From: Candidatus Scalinduaceae bacterium
Lineage (GTDB): Bacteria > Planctomycetota > Brocadiia > Brocadiales > Scalinduaceae
Direction: 5' to 3'
DNA length: 64,000 nucleotides
Assembly (NCBI GenBank): GCA_046759445.1
Contig: JBHICG010000010.1
Location: 1 to 64,000 of the forward strand
The position numbers and the translations under genes are program-made. Within the stretch, counting starts at the first letter, position 1; every line of letters begins with the position of its first letter. Positions 39,685-50,956 of this stretch are shown here, piece by piece. The notes under the pieces were generated by a model. The model had not been told where the DNA came from. It made no database searches and saw nothing but the letters and a program-made list of their open reading frames with translations.

Positions 39685-40917
39685 TTAATCTATCTTTACA
39701 ATTGATTCCATGACCGGATTAAAAATGTATTCATAATTACCATTCATAAAATAATCGTTCTTTAGCCTTGGCCAACCTATTATTTTAAAAAAGTACTTCT
39801 TAATTTGAGTTAATATCTCCTGATTAAGCGATCCTCCATTCCGTACAACGATTAAATTTAAACTTGGAACCACGAGGAGAACCTGATTTCCGGCACCGGC
39901 TCCAACAAAAGCGTCTGGAGGAACGGATGGCCATATCCTATCATAATTTACCCACCAACAGATTCCCGAAGCAGGCCTGGGTTCACCAGGTATTCGCTCA
40001 GGTATTGGCGTATCAGCATAAGTAGTTATCTTCTCAACCCAAATGGGATCAACAAGCTGTCGTCCCTCCCAGTTCCCTTTCCTGAGCATAAAACGACCAA
40101 TACGAGCTATTGCCCTCGGAGTAAAAGAACTCCCACTATAAATAGCATAAAGTTTTAAACCATCAACAATATATGATCTACCATAACCTATGGTCCAATC
40201 AGTTTCCTTTACTCCAATGGGAGACAGAATTCTCTCTTTTAGTAGATTATATATATCATCTTGTGGTTCATCCTGCAGACTAGCAGTAATAGCATAACCT
40301 AGCATTGCATATCCAGGCCCACTATACGCATAGCTAGTACCTGGTTCGAACATAACTGGTGCATAATCACGCGCAATTGAAAATGGGTCAGGATTTCGTT
40401 TCCAAAATTTTTCCTGCCATCCATCAACACTCACGTAGGATTTATCTGTAGGTTTTCCGTGTGAGATTCCAGATGAATTTGTTGCCAAATGCTTAATTGT
40501 AATCTTTGATTTTTGAGAGTCATGTCTCCATTGTGGAATATATTTACATGCTAGATCATCAATCTCCATCAAACCGTCATTCAAAGCTACAAGTAAAGAC
40601 AATCCTCCCACTGAGGATTTTGCCAAAGAAGCTGTATGGTGCTTTTTCTCCTTACTATAACCCTCTGCATATCGTTCAAAAACAATATAGTCATTTCGAA
40701 TGATGACCAACGCATGCGTTCTCTTTTTCTTGAGTGTATGCCACATATTATCCAGCTTCTCTAAAGACATACCCTGGCTTTCTGGTAATGCTTTCTTCCA
40801 TTCAAATTCACTCTGACTTGCCGAAGCACTAACTAGGCATGTGTAAAAAAGATTCGAAAAAAGTAAAATAATTATTGCTGAAAATTGGTTTACATTAATC
40901 ATTATAAATCTTTTCAT
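39685..40917 (-). CDS. Secreted serine hydrolase, beta-lactamase/class C-like family
   Basis: Signal peptide; PESQGMS, SxxK (ASLAKS), TIKHLAT, PGTSYAYS, GAGNQ..VVPSLNLIVVR. Confidence 0.85.
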   Translation of the reverse strand: MKRFIMINVNQFSAIIILLFSNLFYTCLVSASASQSEFEWKKALPESQGMSLEKLDNMWHTLKKKRTHALVIIRNDYIVFERYAEGYSKEKKHHTASLAKSSVGGLSLLVALNDGLMEIDDLACKYIPQWRHDSQKSKITIKHLATNSSGISHGKPTDKSYVSVDGWQEKFWKRNPDPFSIARDYAPVMFEPGTSYAYSGPGYAMLGYAITASLQDEPQDDIYNLLKERILSPIGVKETDWTIGYGRSYIVDGLKLYAIYSGSSFTPRAIARIGRFMLRKGNWEGRQLVDPIWVEKITTYADTPIPERIPGEPRPASGICWWVNYDRIWPSVPPDAFVGAGAGNQVLLVVPSLNLIVVRNGGSLNQEILTQIKKYFFKIIGWPRLKNDYFMNGNYEYIFNPVMESIVKID

Positions 40918-40972
40918 TTAATGTCCAAAGGTGATAATTTAATTAATTAATTCCTGTTTTTCCAAAAACTAT

Positions 40973-42907
40973 TTATTTTGAAACCAAATGAGCTTGTGAA
41001 TAAAGGATGTCCTTAATAGATTCTTTACTTTTTTTTTCAATATACATTCGGTACCATATTTCTGAATTACAAAGTAGCCATAATCTGTTGCCATGATCTA
41101 CCTTTTTATTAAGATGTTCATTAAGCAAAAGATTTATTGCGGTTTGGTTTAGATAACCATCACGAACCAACCTGGAATTATTCAAAAATGTTTTGTATAA
41201 AAGCCTGAATTCGTCTGCCAATAGGTACGTGAGAGGGGAAGAAAATCCTTGTTTTTTCTTCTTTATCAATGCCGGCGGAAGGTATTTTTTTGCCAACTCA
41301 ACCTGTATGTATCTTAATTTTTTACGTCTCACCTTAAACCGGGGAGGTATCGAGGCACAGAATTCCGCTAGCTTATGGTCAAGGAAAGGCGAACGCGCCT
41401 CCAGGCCATGTGCCATCGTCATCCTATCCAGGATCATAACCGGGTGGTCCGGCATTCGGACCATGCTATCTGAATAAAGCATCTTATCGATAAGTTCAGT
41501 TGCATTTTGACTATTGAAAAAATCCTTTATACATCCCTCGGGATCAAAGATCCCTACATTTCCTTGAAACTTCTCAGTATAAAGGCTGCTTTTAAAACTA
41601 TCCGAAAAATAAAAATAACTCAGGCTTTTTGAGTAGCGCTCCCCACCCTTATATAAGGACATCTGTTGCATCCATCTTAGTTTATGACTGAAGCTTCTAT
41701 ACCAGAAACCTTCAGGTACAAGATTCATTAACTTTCCAAGAACATGTTTACGAACATAATCAGGTATAAGGGCATAGTATGATACTAAATCGTTCCCATA
41801 ATAGCGGTCATAACCTCCGAATAGCTCATCTCCACCATCGCCTCCTAATACAACCTTCACTTCCTTCCTGGCCAATTCAGAAATATAATACATGCAAACA
41901 GAAAGGGGATCGGAAGGCTCATCGAGATGCCAAACTAATTCCGGAAGTGTTTGGACTAATGATGGATTAATTGTTAACTCACGATGCTCTGTCATGTATT
42001 TATCTGATAGCATCCTGGCATATGGGAGTTCACTATAATTTTCATAGGGCACATCACCGGAAAAGGTCTTTATCGGTTTTCCACTTATTTGACTCATCAT
42101 TGCCACTACGAGGCTGGAATCCATTCCACCACTCAAAAAAGCCCCAACGGGCACATCACTTACCAAATGATACTTGACAGTGGAAATAAGCTGGTTTTCT
42201 AACTCTTCCAGAATAGAATCAAAATCACCATTTAGCTTTGGTCCATATTTTAAACTCCAGTACCGCTTAATAAATATTTTACCGTTTTGGAATGTAAGGA
42301 AATGACCAGGTGGAAGCTTTCTGATTCTGCGGAACATAGAACGTGGAGGGGTAATAATGCGAATCGTCAGATATTCATATAAGGCGTTGCAGTCGAGTTC
42401 TCTCAATTCAGGCTTTAAAGCCAGTAAAGCTTTTATTTCAGAGGCAAAAGCAAAGATGTTTCCATCATGATAATAGTAAAGTGGCTTTTGCCCAAGATGG
42501 TCTCTTGCCATAAATAGTTTTTTCTTTCTATTATCATATACGGCAAAGGCAAACATACCGCGCAAATATTTGAGGCAAGCTTCTTCTTTATCTTCATAAA
42601 GATGCAAAATTACCTCTGTATCGCTTTTAGTCTTGAACTGATGCTTTTCTTCCAGTCCTTCTCTAATTTCCAAATAATTATATATCTCACCGTTTAGGGT
42701 AATCCAAAGTGTATCGTCTTCATTAGACATAGGTTGTCGCCCATTGGCAAGGTCTATAATAGAGAGTCTCCTATGGCCAAATCCAACATTTTGATTTATA
42801 CAGACTCCTTGGTCATCCGGCCCCCTGTGTACAAGAGCAGAAACCATACGTTGAAGTTCTTCCTCTCTAACACATTCAGGATCTATCTTACCGCAAATTC
42901 CGCACAT
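40973..42907 (-). CDS. asnB: Asparagine synthase-like glutamine amidotransferase, paralog 3
   Basis: MCGICG, HRGPD, RRLSIIDL, FLSGGMDSS, GGDGGDELFGGY, KKQGF. Confidence 0.92.
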   Translation of the reverse strand: MCGICGKIDPECVREEELQRMVSALVHRGPDDQGVCINQNVGFGHRRLSIIDLANGRQPMSNEDDTLWITLNGEIYNYLEIREGLEEKHQFKTKSDTEVILHLYEDKEEACLKYLRGMFAFAVYDNRKKKLFMARDHLGQKPLYYYHDGNIFAFASEIKALLALKPELRELDCNALYEYLTIRIITPPRSMFRRIRKLPPGHFLTFQNGKIFIKRYWSLKYGPKLNGDFDSILEELENQLISTVKYHLVSDVPVGAFLSGGMDSSLVVAMMSQISGKPIKTFSGDVPYENYSELPYARMLSDKYMTEHRELTINPSLVQTLPELVWHLDEPSDPLSVCMYYISELARKEVKVVLGGDGGDELFGGYDRYYGNDLVSYYALIPDYVRKHVLGKLMNLVPEGFWYRSFSHKLRWMQQMSLYKGGERYSKSLSYFYFSDSFKSSLYTEKFQGNVGIFDPEGCIKDFFNSQNATELIDKMLYSDSMVRMPDHPVMILDRMTMAHGLEARSPFLDHKLAEFCASIPPRFKVRRKKLRYIQVELAKKYLPPALIKKKKQGFSSPLTYLLADEFRLLYKTFLNNSRLVRDGYLNQTAINLLLNEHLNKKVDHGNRLWLLCNSEIWYRMYIEKKSKESIKDILYSQAHLVSK

Positions 42908-43011
42908 ATCTTTTTTTTATATTGAAAAACATAATAAATTTTATCAATATTAGCTTCTGAATGTATTTTATCCATTAATTTTACACATTTGTAAACAGTG
43001 TATTCATCTGG

Positions 43012-43944
43012 TCATAAAGCATCTTCTTTCAATTTAACAATCTTTAAGGAATGTTTATCTCTTAAATAGAAAATGCCACCGATCAAACTGATGGGAACTA
43101 CTAACGCCCTATTAAACAGCATGAACATCAAGGCATGTTCATATTCCAAACCATATTTCCCAATTACATAAACAAAAGCCCCATCCATCACCCCAATACC
43201 GTTAATTGAGACAGGTAATAACGCCACAAAATTGCTTATCATTACGGCTACAACAAGTTTGAAAATTGAAATATCCGCACCGAGCGCACGGATTAAAACA
43301 ATCATCCAAGCTAAAGTAAAAACATGAAAAAAAAATGAAATTAGTACAACCTGTAAAGTTTTTGCAGGCTCATAACAATAATCTCCCAGGTGTTCCATAC
43401 ATTGTTTAAGTTTCCACAAGAACCTAATATTTGTAAGCAACCTCGGCATTACTCTTGACAAAACTATAACACATGCAATTGACGTAATCATGGTTATTAC
43501 TAAAAATGCCAATACAACCCAAGGCAACAAGTTACTAGTAATGCCTTGTAAGCATATTACAATATAACCTATAGACCCAAGTATTACCAAAGCCCAGATA
43601 CCCGTTATACGTTCCATGAACACGGCTATTAGGGCTCCAGCCCTGAAGTGAGAATTTTGTAACGTTTTATATATTCGGTATGCATCCCCCCCTATATTGG
43701 TGGGAAGAAAATTGTTGAAAAATACAGAAGTAAAATAGTATTTGTGAAGAACCAAGAAACTGAAATGGTTCTTATGTATTGATAATAATACCTTCCATTT
43801 GAAAGTGCTTATCGTAACACAAAAAACCATACAGAAAAAAACAATTATAATTAAAAATATATTAGAGTTTTGCAAGGTATACCAGATACGACTCCAGTCA
43901 CCTTTCCAAATAATAAATGTACAAAGCGTTATAGTAACAATCAT
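43012..43944 (-). CDS. Lysylphosphatidylglycerol synthase TM-domain / flippase-like membrane protein (UPF0104)
   Basis: KWKVLL, FFNNFLPTNIGGDAYR, ERITG, LPVSINGIGV. Confidence 0.85.
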   Translation of the reverse strand: MIVTITLCTFIIWKGDWSRIWYTLQNSNIFLIIIVFFCMVFCVTISTFKWKVLLSIHKNHFSFLVLHKYYFTSVFFNNFLPTNIGGDAYRIYKTLQNSHFRAGALIAVFMERITGIWALVILGSIGYIVICLQGITSNLLPWVVLAFLVITMITSIACVIVLSRVMPRLLTNIRFLWKLKQCMEHLGDYCYEPAKTLQVVLISFFFHVFTLAWMIVLIRALGADISIFKLVVAVMISNFVALLPVSINGIGVMDGAFVYVIGKYGLEYEHALMFMLFNRALVVPISLIGGIFYLRDKHSLKIVKLKEDAL

Positions 43945-44163
43945 TTTGATTGCTAAATATATGGTCTTCTTAATCTCTGTTTCCTTTTAAAAGAAATGTA
44001 TTCAAAATAAGTTAATACCTAATTTTGTTAATGTCTCCGGGGAACGTTAACGGCAAAATCTCATCTCAGAGAATAGCTACCATTAAATCCCTTCAGAAAC
44101 AACGGTTACTTAGACCATAATCCTTATTTCTCACAAATCCATTTGTTCTTAATGAAATAGATA

Positions 44164-44460
44164 TTAACACAGAACAAAGCATACATATCCATCCCGTGCA
44201 CCTTTGTAATCTTTACCAAAGTTTAAGAAAGTGTTTACCGTAAATGCACGATCATCTTCCATGAATTTCCATTCTGCTTCATTCCACTCTTGAGCGTAGT
44301 TTCTTGAGTAGTAAAGCTGGCAATGGCCTCCCCTTACATTTTCTGGCATAACCCACATATAAAGTACACCAGAAATTACAGGACTTGGAGGATACGGTGG
44401 TTTTTCTTTTGAGCACTCTTGAAATGATAGACTAGTTGCTAATAAAACTATAAATACCAA
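44164..44460 (-). pseudogene. Internally deleted, truncated paralog of the DUF4185-like domain of 36328-38469
   Basis: PYPPSPVIS|GVLYMWV...FLNFGKDYKGARDGYV aligns to PYPPSPIVS...GILYMWL...FLNYGRDYAGARDNYV with about 90 aa missing. Confidence 0.7.
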
Positions 44461-44704
44461 ACGGTACTCTACAACTATTTATTGCGTTACGAGTGAGTTC
44501 GTAACCAATAAAATTATCCTGATTCAGCACATAAATTCTTATTATTTCCAAATCCCCTTGATTATAGCTAATCTTAAGTCTGAAACTGAATCTTCCTTCG
44601 TCTTTTCTTCAACGCATGGGAACCACCGTTGTCCAGAATGAAACCTACATAAATACTAATAAAATTACGATGGTTTATCCTTTTAGCCCTAATGGGGGGA
44701 TTAA

Positions 44705-46423
44705 CTATTTGTAGGTCTTTGATATCCTGTTTTTGATTCTACGTAATATCTTCTTTAATCTAGAATCATGCAAAGGAACCACTTCTCTTATTTTCTTCAA
44801 AAGATCCTGAGAAAGATCATTTTCTCTTTCTCCTTTCCTGGCAAAGCCTGTAGCCCAACGAATAGTTGAATTAATCTTATATTGAACTGAAAAATCATTT
44901 CGCCCTTTATTCTTTAACAACGCAATAAGTTTATTAGCATAATCCTTAAGTTTTTCTTCCTGAGAAAGATCATCAGGTACTTCAACGCAAAAAAGGCCTT
45001 CTCCTTGATGGCGCGAGCTAACCTTATATGGAATAAAAGACCAACCATATTTCCACAAACCCAGCTCGTCTGGTAAAAACTGTATCTTGTAGCTTAAATT
45101 GGAAGACGATCCTATTATGATATGAATTTTTCCTGATGGTGCGATTGCCACCATTTCTGGAAGTTGTTTTTCGCGTGGACCAGGAGATATCCATCCTTCA
45201 AGTAGATTAACTGCAAATTTATCACCTAACTTAATACAATTAGGCATTGCAAGTTTAATCTGTGACCATTCCCAGGGTCTAACAAGTGGCTTATCCAATC
45301 GTTCCCAATTATTCTGTGGTAAATCACCTGTTTTGCCCCCCCGCACCCAAACATGTGGAGATATTTTTTCCGTATCATTTAAAACAGTAGCAGTCAAAAG
45401 TACCTCATTATCGTAGTGTTTAATAACCGGCAACAAACACTTCTTGCCAGATTCAATAGTAAATTCTTTCTCAAAACTCATGTATGGATATGGAAATTCG
45501 ATTTCCATTGAAAGCTTAGGTCTTCTTGAAAATGCATCTTTAATACTACCAAAATCAGATGTTTCCAAAGCCATTTCAGTACCATAACAATCTTCTTCCT
45601 GATCATCTAGTTTTAGTAACAAATCCAACGACCTGTCTTTATGAAGGCATTCTTCCACATATATCCGAAGACTTTCACTACTAAGTATAACTTCCTTGTC
45701 ATCACTGTCAATTATTCCTACTGCCAATGGTGCAACTGTGTCTGGTATGAGGGCACCTGGTGCGGGCCAAGACAGTTGGCCAGCTCGCTCTTCATTCCAA
45801 GAAACTTCTCCTAGCGCTGCTCTTGAGAAGTTATCCTTCTTTACTCCACCCAGACCTTCTCCCCACCCTGAACTGATAGGATACGCATAAAGATGCAATG
45901 GGAGTTTTTTATTACTTTGGGTTTTTAGAGGTGAATTCTTTTCAAACGTTTCCACCCAAAAAACCAAGCCAGCATTTTTCACGAAAGCCTTCTCTGGTAT
46001 CTCTGGTAAGAACCAACGGACTAAGCTCCTTTTAAGTTCTAGCTCACCTCCGGATGCACCGTTATAACGACGGCCAACTCGCATGTGGTACATTTTTCCT
46101 TGGTTAAATAGATATTTAGTCCTACCGTCCAGGTAACCTCGTATATCCGTATCCTCTACGGTATAGCTCGGACTTTGTAGATCATAATGCACTACTCTTG
46201 CAGAATGTTTCCCGATAGCATTATTTTCTTCAAGATTAATAATGTCTATATTAACATAGCCTGAACGTTGGATATCCAATCGTGATATTTGTTGAATACG
46301 CTCTGACGATTGAGTTTGATCAGGCAAGTTGGATTTTGAACATCCAACTACCAAGAACAGAGCTCCTAAACAAATCAATTTGGCAAAAAGGTTTAATAAC
46401 AAATGAAATCGTTTTGTACGCAT
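44705..46423 (-). CDS. Hypothetical lipoprotein with DNRLRE-like N-terminal domain
   Basis: Lipobox LVVGC; EDT.I...RSLVRW.L.EIP...SSGWGEG...VSWN...WPAPG...RRPKL pattern. Confidence 0.55.
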   Translation of the reverse strand: MRTKRFHLLLNLFAKLICLGALFLVVGCSKSNLPDQTQSSERIQQISRLDIQRSGYVNIDIINLEENNAIGKHSARVVHYDLQSPSYTVEDTDIRGYLDGRTKYLFNQGKMYHMRVGRRYNGASGGELELKRSLVRWFLPEIPEKAFVKNAGLVFWVETFEKNSPLKTQSNKKLPLHLYAYPISSGWGEGLGGVKKDNFSRAALGEVSWNEERAGQLSWPAPGALIPDTVAPLAVGIIDSDDKEVILSSESLRIYVEECLHKDRSLDLLLKLDDQEEDCYGTEMALETSDFGSIKDAFSRRPKLSMEIEFPYPYMSFEKEFTIESGKKCLLPVIKHYDNEVLLTATVLNDTEKISPHVWVRGGKTGDLPQNNWERLDKPLVRPWEWSQIKLAMPNCIKLGDKFAVNLLEGWISPGPREKQLPEMVAIAPSGKIHIIIGSSSNLSYKIQFLPDELGLWKYGWSFIPYKVSSRHQGEGLFCVEVPDDLSQEEKLKDYANKLIALLKNKGRNDFSVQYKINSTIRWATGFARKGERENDLSQDLLKKIREVVPLHDSRLKKILRRIKNRISKTYK

Positions 46424-46649
46424 ATTGTAATTTTAATATGTTTGTTAGGGAATTATTTACTTTGTAATATTGTTACAACAAATTATTTTAGAATCACAAG
46501 TTGTAAATTTTCATAATTTATGACATATCATTTCACATCTGTATATCGTACAATTTAAAATGAATAATATATTAATTATTTTTGTGAGATGATAAAAAAA
46601 AGCCCCTAAATTAATCATTTTTTTTGTATCCAAGAATTCATTTATGGTA

Positions 46650-48452
46650 TCAGCTACTTACACTTCCCCTCCGATTGAGTTTAGATTGAAATTTATTTTT
46701 ATCAACTCTTCGCTCAATAGGATTCGGGTTTTTCGCGATATAATTACCAATTGCTAGAAAGTCCAAATGTCCCAGCTTAAATGCCCTAATAGCATCATAC
46801 GGAGTGCAGACAATCGGCTCCTCGTGCATATTGAAACTGGTATTTATCAATAGTGGCAATCCGGTCATTTTGTAGTATTCTGCCAGTATCCCATACATGC
46901 TGGGATTGTCTTTCTCTGTAACCAATTGCGGCCTTGCGGTATTATCAATGTGAACAACCCCAGGACAAGATTTTGCCATCCACTCGGTACAATCAAATGT
47001 AATTGTCATAAATCTCGCTGTATTCTCAGCCCCTTTGAGATTCTTGAAACATTTATGAGCATCTTCCGCCATTACTACTGGCGCAAATGGCATAAATTCA
47101 GTTCTTTTCAAGGCATCGTTCATCCAGTAATTAACAGTAGGATCGTTTGGCTGATAAAGAATAGTCCTGTTACCAAGCGCCCTTGGACCATACTCCATTT
47201 TCCCATTGAACCTTGCTACCACAGAACCTCCTGCTAAAAGACGAGCAATTTCATGCTCAACCTCGTCATAACGCGTTGCTCCCACATCCTGTTTCTCAAG
47301 CTCTTGGCAAATTTCCTCGTCACTAAACTCTTGACCTAAATAAACGTGCTCCATTGTATCAAAATCAGGATCGTATGTTGCTCCTGAATGATTATAGTAC
47401 AGGGCCAGGGCTGCTCCGACAGGCATTCCTTCGTCCGACATCCCTGGGTGAACAAAAACGGATTGAACACCGGGTATTTCATGAACACGTTGGTTTATTT
47501 TTACATTAGCAAATATACCTCCTGCAAGAGCTATATTATAGTGGTTCGTCTTTTCCAGCCAGTGTTTGACAATGTCGACTACCATATCCTCTGTATAAAT
47601 TTGCATGCTGGCGGCTAAATTACTATGGCTAAAATCCTTTGGAAGTAAGCGCTTAAACTCCTTAAGCGCTGAGAGGAAAAATACGTTAGCTACATTTTTT
47701 ACAGTACCATTTTGACTAACCATTATTTTTTTAAGTAACGGTATATATTCAGGCTTTCCATAGGCTGCCAAACCAGTTATTTTCCCCTCATGTTTTCCCG
47801 CCTTATATCCACAAAGTTGTGTTACGTATGAATAAAAACAACCCAAGGAATCAAAACTTGAAATATTAATCGATTCTTTGAATTCTCCATTGACTACATC
47901 GTAAATCCTTCCAGATCTTCCGTCTCCACCACCATCGATTGAAACAACAGTAGCATCTCTATATCCACTGGTATAATAAGCAGACGTAATATGACAGAAG
48001 TGGTGATCAATAAAATGAACCGGACACTCAAAACCAAATTCCTTACGTAATATTCTTTTTAATTCCTTTCGTCTCTTGATAAAAGCCGGTTGCCGCAAGG
48101 TGTAATAGATTTTGTCCAGGAAAGGGAAATGCGTACGATATTTACTTATATAAGAACTAAGTGCAAAAAGTTTTTTCTTGAATTTAGTTCGATGCGAATC
48201 ACCAAACCAACCATCCTTATAGTCTTTATAATTACCAATAAAATGTTGATTCTTACTTGCAATGGCTATAGCATCTATTTCTGACGGAGAAATTCTATGA
48301 GTCTTAAGTATCATTTTGATAGATTCGCGTGGCACACCAAACACCATTTTCTCACGAACAATACGCTCATCAGTAATAGCCGCAATCAGTTTTCCATCAC
48401 GAACGAGTGCAGAACCACAGCTGACATGATCACCTATACCTAATATTTGCAT
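46650..48452 (-). CDS. Carbamoyltransferase (NodU/CmcH family)
   Basis: ILGI, DERIVREK, DHHFCH, IDGGGD, EGKITGLAAYG, MEYGPRALGNR, FMPFAP, VVHIDNTARPQ, INTSFNMHEEPIVC. Confidence 0.92.
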   Translation of the reverse strand: MQILGIGDHVSCGSALVRDGKLIAAITDERIVREKMVFGVPRESIKMILKTHRISPSEIDAIAIASKNQHFIGNYKDYKDGWFGDSHRTKFKKKLFALSSYISKYRTHFPFLDKIYYTLRQPAFIKRRKELKRILRKEFGFECPVHFIDHHFCHITSAYYTSGYRDATVVSIDGGGDGRSGRIYDVVNGEFKESINISSFDSLGCFYSYVTQLCGYKAGKHEGKITGLAAYGKPEYIPLLKKIMVSQNGTVKNVANVFFLSALKEFKRLLPKDFSHSNLAASMQIYTEDMVVDIVKHWLEKTNHYNIALAGGIFANVKINQRVHEIPGVQSVFVHPGMSDEGMPVGAALALYYNHSGATYDPDFDTMEHVYLGQEFSDEEICQELEKQDVGATRYDEVEHEIARLLAGGSVVARFNGKMEYGPRALGNRTILYQPNDPTVNYWMNDALKRTEFMPFAPVVMAEDAHKCFKNLKGAENTARFMTITFDCTEWMAKSCPGVVHIDNTARPQLVTEKDNPSMYGILAEYYKMTGLPLLINTSFNMHEEPIVCTPYDAIRAFKLGHLDFLAIGNYIAKNPNPIERRVDKNKFQSKLNRRGSVSS

Positions 48453-48598
48453 AACGTTAAATTATAAATGGTAAAATACTTCAGATAGTCAACCTTGACA
48501 CTAGAACCTTGCTAATGCTCTTTAAGTTATCTGCTGACAAAATAATTATAAGAAATTGAGAGGTTGAAACCTTCGGATTGTTAATAATATTCAGTAGT

Positions 48599-49777
48599 TT
48601 ATTTATGGCAATTTAAACTTTGGCATGCCAATTCATATAAGAGATTGTATTTAATTGTACAAGCTTCTATTAAATAATTTTCAACATAAATGTTGTTGAA
48701 TTGACTCATCTGCATCCTTAATTCTAAATTTTCACTTAAATCTCTAATACACGAAGTAAATTTATTTATATCTCCAGTCTGAATTAAAAATCCTGTTTTA
48801 TTATCAATAAGAAAATCAACTTGTCCGCCTTTATTATAACTAACAACTGGAAGGCCGGAAGCCATAGCTTCAAGAAATACAATACCAAATCCTTCGTGTT
48901 GACTAGAAGAAACATAAATATCTGAAATATTAAGTAACTGAAATTTTTCTTCATCTGTAACATTTCCAAAGAAGAAAATTCTGTCTGAAACATTTAATTT
49001 CTTGCTCAAAGATTCCAATTTAGGCTTTTCAGGTCCATCCCCAATAATTACCAGTTTCAAATTCGGACAATTTATAGACTTTACAACATTAATTAAATCC
49101 TGAACAGACTTTCGTGAAACCAATCTTCCTACTGTTACTAATAAAATATCATTTAATTTGAAACCATAGTCCTGTCTTTTTTTTATATTACAGACAGGCT
49201 TTTCTATGCCAAGATGAATAATATCTATTTTTTTCGAGATATTATAATAATCAATGGCTCTTTTCATAATATCTGAAGATAAAGCGACAACTTTATCTGA
49301 GTCTTCAATCATTTTCTTTACAGTATAATGAAGAAATGGAGTCCTATGCGGAGAAAGCTTTTTACTCGGATCAAATATATCTCCACCTAAAATAGAAAGA
49401 ATATGCGGTATTTTAAACTTTTTTGCAAGAATAAGGCCTGCTGGAGCAGAAGGAATAGCAAACATAGAGTGCACAATGTCGAATTTTCTTTTTCTTTGCA
49501 ATCTATAACCTACTAGCAAGCAAGCAGGAAAAAATGAAAGCATAGAAATAATTGTTGCAGCATTTTTATCGCCCCGCATAAAAATAGGTACACGGAAAAT
49601 CTCTACATTGTTGTCAATTTCATATGATTTCTGATTATTAAATTTGGAAGTTATAACAGAAACATTGTTATTTTTACATAGTTGTTCTGCAAGCGATTTA
49701 CAAAAAACACCGCCACCACCCCCAAAAGGTGGATATTCATAATTTATTATTAGAATATTCATATTTGAAAGTTTCAC
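48599..49777 (-). CDS. Glycosyltransferase family 4
   Basis: NYEYPPFGGGGG, VGRLVSRK, HEGFGIVFLEAMASGLPVV. Confidence 0.9.
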   Translation of the reverse strand: MKLSNMNILIINYEYPPFGGGGGVFCKSLAEQLCKNNNVSVITSKFNNQKSYEIDNNVEIFRVPIFMRGDKNAATIISMLSFFPACLLVGYRLQRKRKFDIVHSMFAIPSAPAGLILAKKFKIPHILSILGGDIFDPSKKLSPHRTPFLHYTVKKMIEDSDKVVALSSDIMKRAIDYYNISKKIDIIHLGIEKPVCNIKKRQDYGFKLNDILLVTVGRLVSRKSVQDLINVVKSINCPNLKLVIIGDGPEKPKLESLSKKLNVSDRIFFFGNVTDEEKFQLLNISDIYVSSSQHEGFGIVFLEAMASGLPVVSYNKGGQVDFLIDNKTGFLIQTGDINKFTSCIRDLSENLELRMQMSQFNNIYVENYLIEACTIKYNLLYELACQSLNCHK

Positions 49778-49837
49778 TAATCCTTTTAAAACATCAATTA
49801 TTACATAGTTTCTACTGCAGAAAAGAAGATAGAATTC

Positions 49838-50818
49838 CTATTTTGTTATTTCTTTGCATAAATTTAAATCGTTATCTACCATTTCTTTTATTAGGCTTTC
49901 AAATGATATATTATAATTCCAGCCTAATACATTTCTTGCCTTTGTAGTATTACCCTGTAAAAGTTGAACTTCTGATGGCCTATAAAAAGTGTCATCTATT
50001 TCTAAATATTTATATGGGTCAAGCCCCACATAATCAAATGCAATCTCTAAGAATTTCTTTACTGTATGACATTCCCCTGTAGCTACAACATAATCATCAG
50101 GATTATCCTGTTGCAACATCATCCACATTACCTTTACATATTCCTTTGCATGTCCCCAATCACGCTTAGCCTCTAAATTCCCCAATTTTATTTTTTTTTC
50201 GATACCTAATTTAATTTTTGCAACATGTGACGATATTTTACGTGTAACAAACTCAAACCCACGTCTTGGTGACTCATGATTAAAAAGTATTCCACTTAAT
50301 GCAAACATATTATATGCTTCTCTGTAATTTTTTGTGAGGTAAAAACCAGAAACTTTTGAAATGCCGTATGGTGAACGTGGATTAAAAGGAGTTTCTTCGT
50401 CCTGTGGTGCTTCTTTTACGTTACCGAACATTTCACTTGATGCTGCGAAATAAAATTTACATTCAGGCGCCCTTTGCTTTAAAGCAGATAATATGTAATG
50501 TGTCCCATTTACATTTGAATTAATAGTTGAGAATTCATCCTCAAAAGAATAACTAACAAAACTTTGTGCTGCTAAATGGTAACATTCATCCGGCTTAACC
50601 ACTTCTACTACATTAAACAAGCTAGCATAGCTTTCCATTGAAGCGGCATGCAAAATAATTTTATCAATTAAATGATTTATTCTCCATAGACGATGTTCAG
50701 GGTTTTCAAGGGCTATTCTTCTCACAATACCATGAACTTTATATCCTTTTTCTAATAAGTATTCGGCAAGATATGAACCATCCTGCCCTGTAATACCAGT
50801 TATCAATGCCGTTTTCAT
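49838..50818 (-). CDS. gmd: GDP-mannose 4,6-dehydratase
   Basis: ALITGITGQDGSYLAE, LAAQSFV, PRSPYG, GILFNHESPRRG, FVTRKI, LGNLEAKRDWG. Confidence 0.95.
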   Translation of the reverse strand: MKTALITGITGQDGSYLAEYLLEKGYKVHGIVRRIALENPEHRLWRINHLIDKIILHAASMESYASLFNVVEVVKPDECYHLAAQSFVSYSFEDEFSTINSNVNGTHYILSALKQRAPECKFYFAASSEMFGNVKEAPQDEETPFNPRSPYGISKVSGFYLTKNYREAYNMFALSGILFNHESPRRGFEFVTRKISSHVAKIKLGIEKKIKLGNLEAKRDWGHAKEYVKVMWMMLQQDNPDDYVVATGECHTVKKFLEIAFDYVGLDPYKYLEIDDTFYRPSEVQLLQGNTTKARNVLGWNYNISFESLIKEMVDNDLNLCKEITK

Positions 50819-50956
50819 ATTTTAATACTCCCGATAAGTTTAAATTTTCAAATATATTTTATGTTAGCGTAAATGTTCTTGTTTATTTACTCAACTTTAA
50901 GCCATTTTCTAAAAAGCAGTTACCATAAGTCATAGCTAATAATATTAATGTAGATA

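Noticed and set aside
39685..40917. Serine hydrolase as an antibiotic-resistance beta-lactamase
   Set aside because: Only the generic SxxK fold is evident; context suggests an esterase/amidase and nothing specifically supports AmpC
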